A stretch of 64,000 bases of DNA from Mobula hypostoma (GCF_963921235.1 NC_086097.1:24678001-24742000), one strand, 5' to 3'; numbered from the stretch's first letter, positions 1 to 13,270 are shown. A program made the numbers and translations. The notes: generated by a model not told the origin, from the letters alone.

Positions 1-51
1 GGGAGGGGTGAGATGGAATGATGAATGTAGGAGGAGTAGTAGTGTATTTAA

Positions 52-390
52 ACGCAAACAACAGGAATTCTGCAGATGCTGGAAATTCAAGCAACACACA
101 TCAAAGTTGCTGGTGAACGCAGCAGGCCAGGCATCATCTATAGGAAGAGGTACAGTCGACGTTTCAGGACAAGACCCTTCGTCAGGACTAACTGAAGGAA
201 GAGTGAGTAAGGGATTTGAAAGTTGGAGGGGGAGGGGGAGATCCAAAATGATAGGAGAAGACAGGAGGGGGAGGGATAGAGCCGAGAGCTGGACAGGTGA
301 TAGGCAAAAGGGGATACGAGAGGATCATGGGACAGGAGGTCCGGGAAGAAAGACGGGGGGGGGGGTGACCCAGAGGATGGGCAAGAGGTG
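52..390 (-). mobile_element. Penelope-like element 3' terminus (pLTR) fragment
   Basis: Highly similar to 5793-5990, which is contiguous with GIY-YIG-coding sequence; carries the hammerhead motif. Confidence 0.75.
154..189 (-). ncRNA. Minimal type-I hammerhead ribozyme motif (PLE-associated)
   Basis: Minus strand reads agtc-CTGACGA-agggtcttgtcct-GAAAC-GTC-gact: intact catalytic boxes, stem I agtc/gact, stem II agg/cct, GUC cleavage triplet. Confidence 0.75.
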
Positions 391-575
391 GCCAAGTCCA
401 TGCATATATTTAAGGCGGGTGTTGATCATTTCCTGATCGGTCAGGACATCAAAGGATATGGCGAGAAGGCAAGTGTATGGGGTTGAGTGGGATCCGAAGT
501 CAGCTGTGATGAAATGGCAGAGCAGACTCGATAGGCTGAATGGCCTAATTCTGCTCCTATGTCTTATGGTCTTAT
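391..575 (+). mobile_element. CR1-type LINE 3' end
   Basis: Typical tail ...ggcagagcagactcgataggctgaatggcctaattctgctcctatgtcttatggtctt, recurring after CR1 RT ORFs elsewhere (e.g. 32400-32465, 45080-45150). Confidence 0.7.
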
Positions 576-589
576 TCTCCTCCTATGAA

Positions 590-935
590 GTTATTCCCTT
601 AATGGAAGACACTTGTGTGTAACTTTAATGTGGGGAGCCTGATGCACAGGCAGCCATTATACGATCCTTGACAGGATCTTGTGGCATGGAATGCAAGACG
701 ACCAGGGACCCTTCACTGCTGCAGCCTTCCCCCAGCTTCACTGCCGTTGTAATATGTCGTCATCTTCCGCCACCTCCACTGTTGAGACTTTGGTTGGATC
801 TCTCTTTGTCTGGATCCTCCCCATTGACCTTATCACCATGGGTGACCATACGAGGAGCTGAACTCCACACAGCATTGCTCCCGGGATGTCAGCAGCACAC
901 AAGCCTCTCCACCATGACGAGGTGACAATCCTAGC
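590..935 (-). mobile_element. Possible RTE-clade (Rex3-like) 5' region fragment
   Basis: Minus strand begins ggattgtcacctcgtcatggtggagaggcttgtgtg...gtcacccatgg, resembling RTE/Rex3 5' UTRs from memory only. Confidence 0.35.
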
Positions 936-1305
936 AGAAGAAAGCAGGAGTATTTTATACCAGTGGCCAACAATATTTAATTAATAAGCTTCATTCCCTA
1001 AAACAAGTAATTTTGTTATCATGTTCCGTTCCAGTCCCACTTAATTGAAGTTTCATCATGTGAAACTATCTGTTAAAGTCTATCTTTAATTATGAATCAT
1101 TCAACACCATTTAATTCCAGACTTTAATTAAAGAGATGGAGCAGTGTATGGATGTTCTGTCCTTGCAGCCACAGATCTGTGAAACAATGCATTTGATATG
1201 AGAAAAATAAATTCCAATCTTCTCAACACGTCTCTTGCAAACTTTCTTCAAAACATAAGCTGATTCCCAAACTTCCTATTGCTAGCTGATGGTAGTAGGA
1301 CAGAG

Positions 1306-1499
1306 TCATTCCTTTCACGCCTTGTGGCGCATCGGGCGGCATTTTCGCTGTTTCTGTAGCATTTGACTTTTTTTATGAGGGCAAGTTGCTAACTGTACGT
1401 TTAACCTGACACAGACAGAAAGCTGCAAGGAGCCAGCCAGATTCAAACTCAGAACCATTCGCCTTGAATTCCAGGTCCAATGTCACTATGCCACCGGCC
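1306..1499 (-). mobile_element. tRNA-derived SINE
   Basis: Minus strand starts ggccggTGGCATAGTG (A-box-like) ... GAGTTTGAATC (B-box-like). Confidence 0.55.
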
Positions 1500-1855
1500 A
1501 GCACAGTAACAGGCCCTTCAGCCCACAATATCTGTGCCAATCCCAAAGCAACAGGAAACAAAAGTACTTCTGCCTGCACATGATCCATATTCCTCCAGTC
1601 CCTGCGTCTTTATACATCCATCTCACTTCTCGATGCCTCGTTAAAGCAGCCAGCATAATCAAAGACCCCACCCACTCTGAATACTCTCTCTTCTCCCCTC
1701 TCCCATCGGGCAGCAGATCCAAAAGCCTGAAAGCACACACCACCAGGCTCAAAGACAATTTCTACACCACTGTTTCAAGACTATGAAATAGCTCCCTAGT
1801 GCAGTAAAATGGACTCTGGGCCTCACAGTCTCCCTCATTATGACCTTGCACCTTA

Positions 1856-2493
1856 AGGCCAATTTATACTTCTGCGTCGAATCTACGCTGTAGATACGGC
1901 GTAGCTGCGTACCCTATGCCGTAGCCTGACGCACACCTCCCCAAAAATGTAATTACGCGTCGCGGTGATGCAGGCCACAACAACTGTGATTGGTCCGCTT
2001 GGTAGCATCACATTTCCTCCTATCCGTTTCCAGTTGCTGCTTCTCATCAAATTGTCAAATCTACCTGCCACCATCTGAAAATATTTGAAATGCATTTCCT
2101 CGTCCATGTCTCTCAGTGGCCGGATAAGCATAGGAAATTCACCCTCCTTCTGCCTCAATCCGTTCAATGGTCATGCACACCATCTCCTCTGACGACTTCC
2201 CTCTTTTCTGCATTGCAGTAATTTCAATAAAAGTAACTCTTGTTCAACATTTATTAGCTCCAACTCCAACATGATGCGCTTGGTTTCAGTCGCAATTGTT
2301 TGAAGTACACAGAGAAATTCAACACGAAGAAGCTAAACACAGATGGCATAGAAACCCCACCGCCAACTAGCGTTTTGGCGGTGAATTGCAGAGGGTCGCA
2401 GATACACCATCACACAAGTATAAATTCTCATAACGGTGTAGGCCACTTGCATAGGCTACGGTGTAGAGCCTATGCAGAAGTGTAAATCAGCCT
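1856..2493 (-). mobile_element. PIF/Harbinger non-autonomous deletion derivative
   Basis: TIRs aggccaatttatacttctgc / gcagaagtgtaaatcagcct; exact TTA target duplication (1853-1855, 2494-2496); internal ORF 1883-2167 [32 protein letters not shown] resembles a Harbinger transposase N-terminus; inserted in a Rex1-like 3' UTR. Confidence 0.85.
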
Positions 2494-3802
2494 TTAGTGT
2501 TTACCAGCACTGCATTTTCTCAGTAACTGTAACACCTTATTCTGCAGTTATTGTTTTACCTTGTTCTGCCTCAGTGCACGGTGCAATGATTTGATCAGTA
2601 TGAACAGTATACAAGACAAGTTTTCCACTGTACATGTGACAATAATAAACCAATTCCAGTTTCAATTCCACCACCCCGCCAATCCTGTCACTGAGTGCTT
2701 AGGAGTATGGAATGGTGGTACTGTGAGTGAACGTGCCCTGTGCAATAGGACAATGTGACTCACTGTGCCAGCAGGAACTGAAGCCAGATGCCTGCTGTTG
2801 CATTAATTAGAAGTTCTCCAATTTGCACAGCAGAGTCCCCTGACTAACTTAACTTCTGTGGCGCATCGGCGCAAATCATTCAAGAAGTGGATCTTCAGCT
2901 TGCCACAACTTCCATATTCCAGAGACCCAAAATATTCCCGCTGCAAGTAATATAAACAACAGAACTCAGCAGGTCATGCAGCTTCTGTGAAGGTTAAAGG
3001 TGAAAGACTGCATTTGGCTTGACATGCTACATCAGTCCAGATGCAGATCTTGACCCGAAATATCAACCTACACCTTTTATAAAAGCAAGAGATTCTATAG
3101 AAGCTGGGAATTTTCCACCTTTTACCTTTTAGCTCCACAGGTGCTGTTTGTCCCGCTGAGTTGTGTTCTGTTCTAGATTCCTGCATCTGCAGTCTCTTTT
3201 GTCCTCTTGTTAATGATACCGTGGATGTTTCATTGTACAACCTTCCTGAAGCACCATCTCCAAATGCAGAACATAGAATAATGCGGCACAGTACAGGCCC
3301 TTCGGCAACGATGTTGTACCAGCCTGTTGACCTCCTATAAGATCAACTTAACCTTTCCATCCCGCATCATCCTCCATTCTTCTTTCATCCATGTGCCTAT
3401 CTGAATGTCTCTGAAATCTCCCTACCTCTACCATTACCACTGGCAGTATGTCCACTTATCCACCATCCTGGTAAAAATCCTACCTCTGATATGCCCCCTT
3501 ATACTTTCCTCCAATCACCATAAAATTAGACCCCTGACAAAAATGTCTCTGCCTGTCCACTGCATCTATGTCTCTTATTATCTTGTACATCTTCCATCCT
3601 CCGTCACTCCAAAGGCAAAAGCCGGCAACCATTGTTAAGGACACCCCCCCACCCCATCATCCAAGATATGCCTTCTCATCGGGGAGGAGGTACAGGAGCC
3701 TGAAGACACACCCTCAATGATTCAAGAACAGCTTCTTCCCCTCTGCCGTCAGATTTCTGAACGGGCATTGAACCTATGAACACTACCTCACTGCTTTTTT
3801 TT

Positions 3803-5360
3803 TGATTTAATTTGGCTTTTTTGACACTGATCAACATAAAAAGACTCTTTTGTGTCCAAGTGAAAGAAGATCTCGACAAAATGATCTAAATTAATTTCAG
3901 GTATAAAACACAAAATCATTCATTGCATAATTACTCAACCCATTCAAGTCAGTATTTAGTAGATGCACCTTTGGCAGCAATTACAGCCATGAGTCTGTGT
4001 GGATAGGTCTCTATCAGCTTTGCACATCTGAACACTGCATTTTTTCCCCCATTCTTCTTTACAAAACTGGTCAAGTTCTGTCAGATTGCATGGGGATCGT
4101 GAGTGAACAGCCCTTTTCAAGTCCAGCAACAAATTCACAATTGGATTGAGGTCTGGACTCTGACTTGGCCACTCCAGGACATTAACTTTGTTGGTTTTAA
4201 GCTTTGGCTTTATGCTTGGGGTCATTGTCTTGCAGGAAAATAGATCTTCTCCCAAGTCACAGTTCTCTTGCAGACAGCATCAGGTTTTCCCCAGGATTTC
4301 CTTGTACTTTACTGCATTCATTTGACCCTCTACCTTCACAAGCCTTCTAGGGCCTGCTGCAGTGAAGCAACCCCACAGCATGATGCAGCCACCACCATGC
4401 TTCACGGGAGAGATGGTGTGTTTTTGATTATGTATACTGCTTGGTTTACACCAAACATAGCATTTAGTCTGATAGCCAAAAAGCTCAATATTGGTTTCAT
4501 CAGGCCATATAGAACTTTCTTCCAGATGACTTCAGAGTCTCCCATATGCCTTCTGGCAAACTCTAGCTGAGATTTCATCTGAGTTTTTTCAACAGTGGCT
4601 TTCTCTTTGCTACTCTCCCATAAAGCTGTGGCTGGTGAAGCATCTAGACAACAGTTGTGTGCGCAGTCTCTCCCATCTCAGCCACTGAAGCTTGTAACTC
4701 CTCCAGAGTTGTCATAGGTCTCTTGGTGGCCTCCCTCACTAGTCTCCTTCTTGCACGGTCACTTAGTTTTTGAGGATGACCTGCTCTAGGCAGATTTACA
4801 GCTGTGCCATATTCTTTCCATTTCTTGATGATTGACTTAACTGTACTCCAAGAGATATTCAGTGACTTGGAAATTTTCTTGTATCCATCTCTTGACTTGT
4901 GCTTTTCAATAACCTTTTCGCAGAGTTGTTTGGAGTATTCCGTTGTCTTCATGGTGTAGTTTTTACCAGGATACTGACTCAGCAGCAGTTGGACCTTCTG
5001 GATACAGGTGTATTTTTACTACAATCAGTTGAAATACCTTGACTGCACACAGGTCTCTAAAAACAGAACTCCATTTAACTAATTAACTGACTTCTAAATC
5101 TAATTGGCTGCACCAATGATGATTTGGTGTGTCATATTAAAGGGGGTGAATACTTACGCAATCAATTCTTTTGTGTTTTATATTTGTAATTAATTTAGAT
5201 CATTTTGTAGAGATCTGTTTTCACTTTAACACAAAAGAGTCTTTTTTGCTAATCAGCATCAATAAAGCAAAATTAAATCCACTGTGATTCAATACTGTCA
5301 AACAATAAAACATGGAAACTTCCGGGGGGGGGGGGGTGAATATTTTTCTTGGCGCTATCT
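3803..5360 (-). mobile_element. Tc1-family DNA transposon, degraded (long TIRs)
   Basis: ORF 4644-4952 is a Tc1 paired-like DNA-binding domain (GYKKISKSLNISWSTVKSIIKKWKEYG...); ORF 3956-4255 has the WPSQSPDLNPI motif; ~150-bp inverted repeats at ~3803-3945 and ~5140-5280; frameshifted. Confidence 0.92.
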
Positions 5361-5792
5361 TACTGTAATTTACAGTTTTTTATTATTATGTATTGCAATG
5401 TACTGCTGCCACATATCAACAGATTTCACAACATATGCCAGTGCCATTAAACCTGATTCTGATCCTGTGTCTGAAGCTTCTCCTCCTCTGTGTTCCCAAA
5501 GTCAAAGTCAAAGTTGAGTTTATTGTCATATGCTTAAGAAGTGTCATGTCTGCATAGATACAATGAAAAACTACATGCAGCTGGATCACAGGCATCTCAC
5601 ATCATATAAGCAGTATTCACAAGGAAAACATAAACTAAATGATAATAAAACTATTTTTTTACAAGAAGAAGCACCATCAGAACAAAAATACAAAGTCCAT
5701 TTCAGTGTAAAGTGATCAAAATGTTGCAAAACTGTGGTGACTGGAACTGTGAAGGGGAGTAACTGTTCTTGAACCTGGTGGAGTGGGACTTC

Positions 5793-6290
5793 TAGCAACA
5801 CACATAAAAGTTGCTGGTGAACTCAGCAGGCCAGGCAGCATCTCTAGGGAGAGGTACAGTCGACGTTTCGGGCCGAGACCCTTCATCAGGACTAACTGAA
5901 AGAAGAGCTAGTAAGAGATTTGAAAGTGGGAGGAGGAGATCTGAAATGATAGGAGAAGACAGGAGGGGGAGGGATGGAGCCAAGAGCAAGAGCTATATAT
6001 ATAGTAAATACGTAACGGATGGGGTATGAGGGGGAGGTGGGGCATTAATGGAAGTTAGAGAAGTCAATATTCATGCCATCAAATTGGAGGCTACCCAGAC
6101 AAAATATAAGGGGTTGTTCCTCCAACCTGAGTGTGGCTTCATCTTGACAGTAGAGGAGGCCGTGGATAGATGTATCAGAATGGGAATGGGACGTGGAATT
6201 AAAACGTGTGGCCACTGGGAGATCCTGCTTTCTCTGATGGACAGAGCGTAGATGTTCAGTGAAATTGTCTCCCAGTCTGCGTCGGGACTT
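5793..6290 (-). mobile_element. Penelope-like element: GIY-YIG endonuclease C-terminus plus pLTR
   Basis: Minus-strand translation of ~6050-6285: RRRLGDNFTEHLRSVHQRKQDLPVATRFNSTSHSHSD..HGLLYCQDEATLRLEEQPLIFCLGSLQFDGMNIDF, typical of a PLE GIY-YIG C-terminus; followed by a terminal repeat with the hammerhead. Confidence 0.8.
5858..5893 (-). ncRNA. Minimal type-I hammerhead ribozyme motif, best-preserved copy
   Basis: Minus strand agtc-CTGATGA-a-gggt-ctcg-gccc-GAAAC-GTC-gact: all core nucleotides, stem I, stem II with tetraloop, palindromic ACGU in place of stem III. Confidence 0.8.
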
Positions 6291-6924
6291 CTATCTGCGA
6301 TACTCCCTGCCCAATGGGAACCATGAGAAGGTGGCATGGCCTGGACTGTGGGGATTTCTCATAATGAATGTTGGTTTGGACACTTGCTGAGTAAGGAGAG
6401 ATTTGCACCTGCAAGTGTAGGATGGGTTAAACATTAAAACTGGTCAATCATGTGCCGGGTAGTCATAGATATGCTGACATCTACACACAGTGTGACTCTG
6501 TTAGTCACCTCCTGTAATGGGATTGAGAGGAAAAATAAATCAGCCGTGATCGAAAGGCAGAGCAGACTCAGTGGGCCGAATGGCCTAATTCTGCTCCTGT
6601 GTCTTATGGTGTGTGATGGCCCTGTGGCAGCTAGTCTCTGTTGACAAATGACTATGCATTAATCAATGCAGTAAGTCAATAAAAGTGAACTGTCAGCTCC
6701 TGCACTGAATAGATTAGAATGAATGATATGTACGAGATCTGATTAATGACCACACTCCGCTTTATCCATCTCTAAGTATAGGTGGCTTTGTATAATTAAA
6801 TAACATGAACACTATGTGATATCATCAATTGCACCTTCAGAAGTTACAGGTGTTAGCTGCTCACAGGCTTGCATTTCAGAAGTGTTGCATTGGCCATGAA
6901 GTGCCTGAGCAATTCTCAGATCAA

Positions 6925-7460
6925 CATGCACAAAATGCTGGAGGAACTCTGCAAGTCAGGCAGCACCTACAGAAATGAATAAGCTGGAAGGTGATAGGTG
7001 AGACCAAGTGGTAGGTAGGGAAGGAGCAGATGAAGTAAGAAGCTGGGAGGTGAAAGGTGAAAGAGGTAAAGGGCTGAAGAAGAAAATATCTGATAGGAGA
7101 GAAGAGTGGACCTTGGGAGAAAGAGAAAGAAGAGGGGAATCAGAGGGCAAGTGATGAGAAGAAAGGAGATAATAGAGGAACCAGATTGGGGAATAGGGAT
7201 AAAGGGAAGGACGGAGGGGTGAGAAATTACCACGTTGAAGAAAACGACGCTTATGCCATCAGGTTGGAGGCTGCCCAAAAGCAGTATGAGGTGTTGCTCC
7301 TTCATCCTGAGTTTGGCCTCATCATGGCAGTAGAGGAGGCCATGGACCACCATGTCAGAATGGGAATGGGAAGTCGAATTGAAATGGATAGCCACCAGGA
7401 GATGGTGCTTTTTCCAGTGGTTGTTAACAAAGTGGTCCCATAATCTGCATCTGTTCTCAC
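6925..7460 (-). mobile_element. Penelope-like element fragment (GIY-YIG C-terminus plus partial pLTR)
   Basis: ORF 6967-7467 contains VAIHFNSTSHSHSDMVVHGLLYCHDEAKLRMKEQHLILLLGSLQPDG, homologous to the 6050-6285 copy; hammerhead segment appears deleted. Confidence 0.75.
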
Positions 7461-9674
7461 TTATCACCTGCCAGCTTGCACTCCTTCCTCTCCTCCCACC
7501 TTCTTATTCTGGCTTCTGACCCCTTCCTTTCCAGGGATTAGTTTAGGTGGGCATTTAAATACTCGTTCAAGGCAACCCAGTAGGATGAAGGGCCTGTTCC
7601 TGTGCTGTACTGTTCTATAATCGTTGTTCAAGCCTTTTAGAATCATGCAGTCACAGAGCAGAAACAGGCTTTCGCCACGTACATCATGGGCCGAAGGGCC
7701 TGTACTGTGCTGTAATGTTCTGTGTTCTCTCATGGATGGCCAGGAAGGATGGGTAGAGCAGTGAAGCATGCCTTCTGGCTCATTGTCAGCTGTTTCACAC
7801 CGCCGTGCTGGAATGTGACCAGTTCCTATTCAAACAATTGGATCTCATTTCAGATAAACGGCCTTTGAGTGTTGCTACATTAATGTAGGACATCCACTGC
7901 TGTTCAATCTCTACCTGGCCCTCAGGGAAAGAACGAAGAATTTAATTTTGCATTTAATAAGCTGAAAGCAACTAATCTTCTATCTGGAAATTCATGCCAA
8001 TGTAATCCATTTATGAGATACATCACCAGAACATTAACTGGATCTCGGCATTATCTCTCACTGTGTAATGGAAAACCTCAGTGCCAGCTCACATCAAAGT
8101 GGAGGTTTTGCTGCGTCTGTAATTGGATTCGCCGAACTGACACTTAGCAACAAGCTCTTCCAAAATGTAGACAGAGGAAGCTTTTGAACATTATATGGTG
8201 CAGACGGAGATTCTCTGGCCTATTCTGTGCGACTTTATTCAGTGGAGAGCAGTGAGTCAGGGGTGATCCTATAGAGGTGTATAAAATGGTGAGGGGCATC
8301 ATGAGGGGCATCGATAGGGTGAATGCACACAGTCTGTTTCCCAGGGTTGGGGAATCAACCCTGAACAGAAAAGCCTGCAGAAGCTAGTGGATATAGCCCA
8401 GTCCATCACAGGCAAAGTTCTCCACACCGTTCAGCATATCTACAAAGAAAACAATATTCATCATCAAGGACCTCCAGCATCCAGGCCACGCTCCCTTCTT
8501 AATGCAGCCATCTGGAAGATGGTTCGGGAGCCTCAGGACTCACACCACCAGCTTCAGGAACAGGTATTACCCTTCAACCATCAGGATCCTGAATCTGTCT
8601 CAATATCCTCAACGCTGAACTGATATCAAAACCTGGGGACTCACTTTCAATGGCTCTACAACTCAAATTCTCCGTGTTATTTATTTACTTTTTTTAATTT
8701 AGATTTTTTTTGTATTTGCAGTTTGTCTTATTTTGCACATTGTCTGTTTGTCAGTCTTTGATTCTATTGTGTTACTTTATTCCACTGTGAATGCTCGCAA
8801 GGAAATAGATCTCGATGCAGTATACGGTGATATACTCATACGTATTTAGATAATAAATTTACTTTGAACTTTTTGAACATTGAAGGACTAGAGGGCATAG
8901 GGTTTGGGTGAAGGGTTCAGATTCAGATTCATTTATTGATCACATGTACATCGAAGCACTCAATGAAATGTGCCATTTGCTTCAACAACCAACACAACCT
9001 CAGGATGTGCTGGGGGCAGCCGGCAAGTGTCAACACACGTTCCAGCGCCAACAAGGCGTGTCCACCATATTCAGCTGAACAGCACAAACACCACCAACAA
9101 CAGCAACAAAACAGTAAAACAAACCCCTTTTCTCCCTCTAACCCACCCACTCAATCACACATCCACAAACAGTCTTCCTACCCCAGAACAGGCTATCTCC
9201 AGTGGATTCATGGAGGGATTTGATAAGAACTGATGAAGCAATAATTTCATCCAGAGGGTAGCCCGTATATGGAATGAGGTACTGGGGAAGCGGTTGGACA
9301 AGTATATGAATTAGAAGGATGTGGGCTAAACACGGGCAAATGGAACGAGCTTGGGTAGGAATCTTGGTTGGCAGGGACCAGCTGAGCCAGTGGGCTGGTC
9401 TCCATGCTGTATGTCTCTGTGACTCGTTGTCTGTATGTGCTCCTTGAAGGAGTTCCATATTAGTCCCACCTACCCTGTTCGTTCACAGCTCAATCAATCG
9501 ATCTTCATTGGTGGTGGTCTGATGTACCAGTGAGGAAGTCTTTATTTAACTGAGAGCAGTTAAGTACCAAACGCGCAGCTGTAGTGGTAGAAAAAGTAAT
9601 ATTAACCTGTGCCTCAGGTAGGAATGAGCCCAGATGAAGGGACTGAACCAGAAGCATAACCATTTCGCTTCAAT

Positions 9675-9982
9675 AAGTTCAAAGGTATATTTAATGTCAG
9701 AGAAGTGTATACCATATACATCCTGAAATTCTTTTTCTTTGCAAACATCCTTGAAATGAGAGGAGTGCCCCAAAGAATGAATGACAGTTAAATGTTAGAA
9801 CCCCAAAGCGCCCCCAGCTCCCCCTCCCATGCATAAGCAGCAGCAATGTGACAACCCCCCCCCAGCAAAATAGCATCGGCACCCCCCTCCGAGCACTCAA
9901 GCGTGCAGCAGAACATCAATAAAGACACAGACTTGCAGTACCCCAGAGACTACTTGTTCACCTGGTAATTCAACATACCACA

Positions 9983-10035
<53 letters not shown>

Positions 10036-10555
10036 TCTCTCTCTCTCTCTCTCTCTCTCCCCCCCCTCCCTCCCTCCCCCTAATAAGAGAAAAAGAGGTG
10101 TCCCCATTTCACAGCAAGAGGGGAGGCAAAACAAAACAACCCACCAATTTACGGTGTTAAAAATCTGTTCTATCACTTTTTCCGAGCTCTGTGCCCAAAG
10201 AACTCGGGTCTCTGGGCTCACAGCAAGTGGCCAGTTCACTTCCTTCGATCTTCTGTGTGCTCACACGTCACATCAGGCGGCAGCATCGACCTCGAATACG
10301 CCCACCTCCAGAGCCACGAAAATCCTGCACCCTGAAGATGCTCTAGTCTTCCAGGCCGCGTCCTTGGCATATTGAAAAGCAGCCTGTCGTGAGGCCCAGA
10401 GCGTGGGTCCCATTTCCACAAAGAACAGAAGTCTATATGTAACTCCAGGTCAGGGTCTTCGAAGGAAACCCAAAAAGGAAAAAAAGAGATATTAAAGATA
10501 GAAATAGAGCTGTTTTTGAAGATGCAAGGAAACACCGTTAGGCGCCATCATCCTA
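9675..10555 (-). mobile_element. Non-autonomous retroelement with Rex1-like 3' tail, containing a (TG)n(TC)n microsatellite
   Basis: Tail resembles the ...tttgaactt ends of Rex1-like copies in this window; no ORF; compound microsatellite at ~9986-10058. Confidence 0.45.
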
Positions 10556-11125
10556 AGCTCCACCCACTGCTGTTTCCTTCAGCAGCTGGTTGTTTGACTA
10601 CAAGACATAAGAGCAGAATTAGTCCATTCAGCCCATTGTGCGTTCCCCACTGTTCCAGCATAGCCGAATTATGAGCCTTCTCAACCCTATTCTCCTGCCT
10701 TCTCCTTGTAACCTTTCACACCCTAACTAATCAAGAACCTGTCAACCTCCCACTTTAAGTATACTCATTGACTTGGCCTCCATAGCCGGATATGGCAATG
10801 AATTTGATAGATTCATCATCCGCTGGCTAGAGAAATTCACCTCATCTTGCTGAGGGCACAGGGTTATGGGATAGAGGAATGAGATGGATGAATTGGCTTT
10901 GCTAGGAACTGGCATGGAATTAATTGGCTGAAAGGCTTTCTTCAGATTAGTGATGTTCTGATTCTGTCTCCCAGATAACCTATCACCTGTTGCACCCTGA
11001 AATTGTTGTAGAGACAGACAAGCATTTCTTTCTTCTTCCTCCTCTTTTTTTCTGCAACTTTACAAGCACATTCTGATTTCCGTTCTTTTACTTGCCTGGC
11101 TCCGTGTTCAGCCTGGGTCAGCTCA

Positions 11126-13270
11126 ATAAGACCAAAAGATATAGGAGCAGAAGTAGGCTATTCGACCCATCAAGTCTGCTCCGCCATTCAATCATGGGCT
11201 GATCCAATTCTTCCAGTCATCCCCACTCCCCTGCTTTTACCTCATACCCTTTGATGCCCTGGCTAATCAAGAACATATCTGTCTCTGCCTTAAATGCACC
11301 CAGTGACTTGGCCTCCACATCCACTCATGGCAACAAATTCCACAGATTTACCACCTTCTGACTAAAGTGATTTCTCCGCATCTCTGTTCTAAATGGACGT
11401 ACTTCAATCCTGAAGTCATGCCCTCTTGTCCTAGAATCCACTACCATGGGAAATAGAACATAGAACATAGAATAGTACAGCACAGTACAGGCCCTTCGGC
11501 CCACAATGTTGTGCCGACCCTCAAACCCTGCCTCCCAAATATACCCCCACCTTAGATTCCTCCATGTACCTGTCTAATAGTCTCTTAAACTTCACTAGTG
11601 TATCTGCCTCCACCACTGACTCAGGCAGTACATTCCACGCACCAACCACTCTCTGAGTAAACAACCTTCCTCTAATATCCCCCTTGAACTTCCCACCCCT
11701 TACCTTAAAGCCATGTCCTCTTGTATTGAGCAGTGGTGCCCTGGGGAAGAGGCGCTGGCTATCCACTCTATCTATTCCTCTTATTATCTTGTACACCTCT
11801 ATCATGTCTCCTCTCATCCTCCTTCTCTCCAAAGAGTAAAGCCCTAGCTCCCTTAATCTCTGATCATAATGCATACTTTCTAAACCAGGCAGCATCCTGG
11901 TAAATCTCCTCTCTACCCTTTCCAATGCTTCCACATCCTTCCTATAGTGAGGTGACCAGAACTGGACACAATACTCCAAGTGTGGCCTAACCAGAGTTTT
12001 ATAGAGCTGCATCATTACATCGCGACTCTAAAACTCTATCCCTCGACTTATGAAAGCTAACACCCCACAAGCTTTCTTAACTACCCTATCCACCTGTGAG
12101 GCAACTTTCAGGGATATGTGGACATATACCCCCAGATCCCTCTGCTCCTCCACACTACCAAGTATCCTGCCATTTACTTTGTACTCTGCCTTGAAGTTTG
12201 TCCTTTCAAAGTGTACCACCTCACACTTCTCCGGGTTGAACTCCATCTGCCACTTCTCGGCCCACTTCTGCATCCTATCAATGTCTCTCTGCAATCTTTG
12301 ACAATCCTCTACACTATCTACAACACCACAAACCTTTGTGTTGTCTGCAAACTTGGCAACCCACCCTTCTACCCCCACATACAGGTCATTAATAAAAATC
12401 ACAAAAAGTAGAGGTCCCAGAACAGATCCTTGTGGGACACCACTGGTCACAATCCTCCAATCTGAATGTACTCCCTCCACCACCACCCTCTGCCTTCTGC
12501 AGGCAAGCCAATTCTGAACCCACCTGGCCAAACTTCCCTGGATCCCATGCCTTCTAACTTTCTGAATAAGCCTACCGTGTGCAACCTTGTCAAATGCCTT
12601 ACTAAAATCCATATAGATCACATCCACTGCACTACCCTCATCTATATGCCTGGTCACCTCCTCAAAGAACTCTATCAGGCTTGTTAGACCCGATCTGCCC
12701 TTCACAAAGCCATGCTGACTGTCCCTGATCAGACCATGATTCTCTAAATGCCTATAGATCCTATCTCTAAGAATCTTTTCCAACAGCAAATAACTTTGCC
12801 TTATCTAATCTGTTAACGTCTGGATTGTTTCTGTGAGATCCCCCCTCATTCTCCTGAACTCCAGGCCCAAGAGCTGCCAGATGTTCCTCATATGATAACC
12901 ATTTCATTCCTCGAATCATCCTCATGAATCTTCTCTGAACCCCCTCCAATGTCAGTATATCCTTTCTAAAATAAGGAGCCCAAATCTGCACACAATTCTC
13001 CAAGTGTGGTCTCATGAGTACCTTATAGAGCCTCGACATCACATCCCTGCTCTTATATTCTGTACCTCTAGAAATGAATGCCAACATTGCATTCACCTTC
13101 TTCACAACTGACTCAACCTGGAGGTTAGCCTTTAGGGTATCTCCGAAGTCCCTTTGCATCTCTGCATTTTGAATTTTCCCCCCATCTAAATAATAGTCTG
13201 CTCATTTATTTCTTCCAACAAAGTGCATGACCATACACTTTCCAACAGTGTATCTCATTTGCCACTTCTT
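11126..13270 (-). mobile_element. Older CR1 LINE 3' portion, split by a younger CR1 insertion
   Basis: ORF 12767-13159 (QVESVVKKVNAMLAFISRGTEYKSRDVM..LYKVLMRPHLE) continues into a 3' tail at 11126-11455. Confidence 0.8.
11453..12787 (-). mobile_element. Younger 5'-truncated CR1 LINE (RT domain to 3' tail)
   Basis: ORFs 12028-12789 (QHGFVKGRS..YMDFSKAFDKV..GVPQGSVLGPLLF..FADNTK) and 11521-12015; (TGTTCTA)n-type tail; short aaata duplication at the junctions. Confidence 0.92.

Noticed and set aside
1440..1499. tRNA gene
   Set aside because: Only degenerate A/B boxes of a SINE head; no cloverleaf
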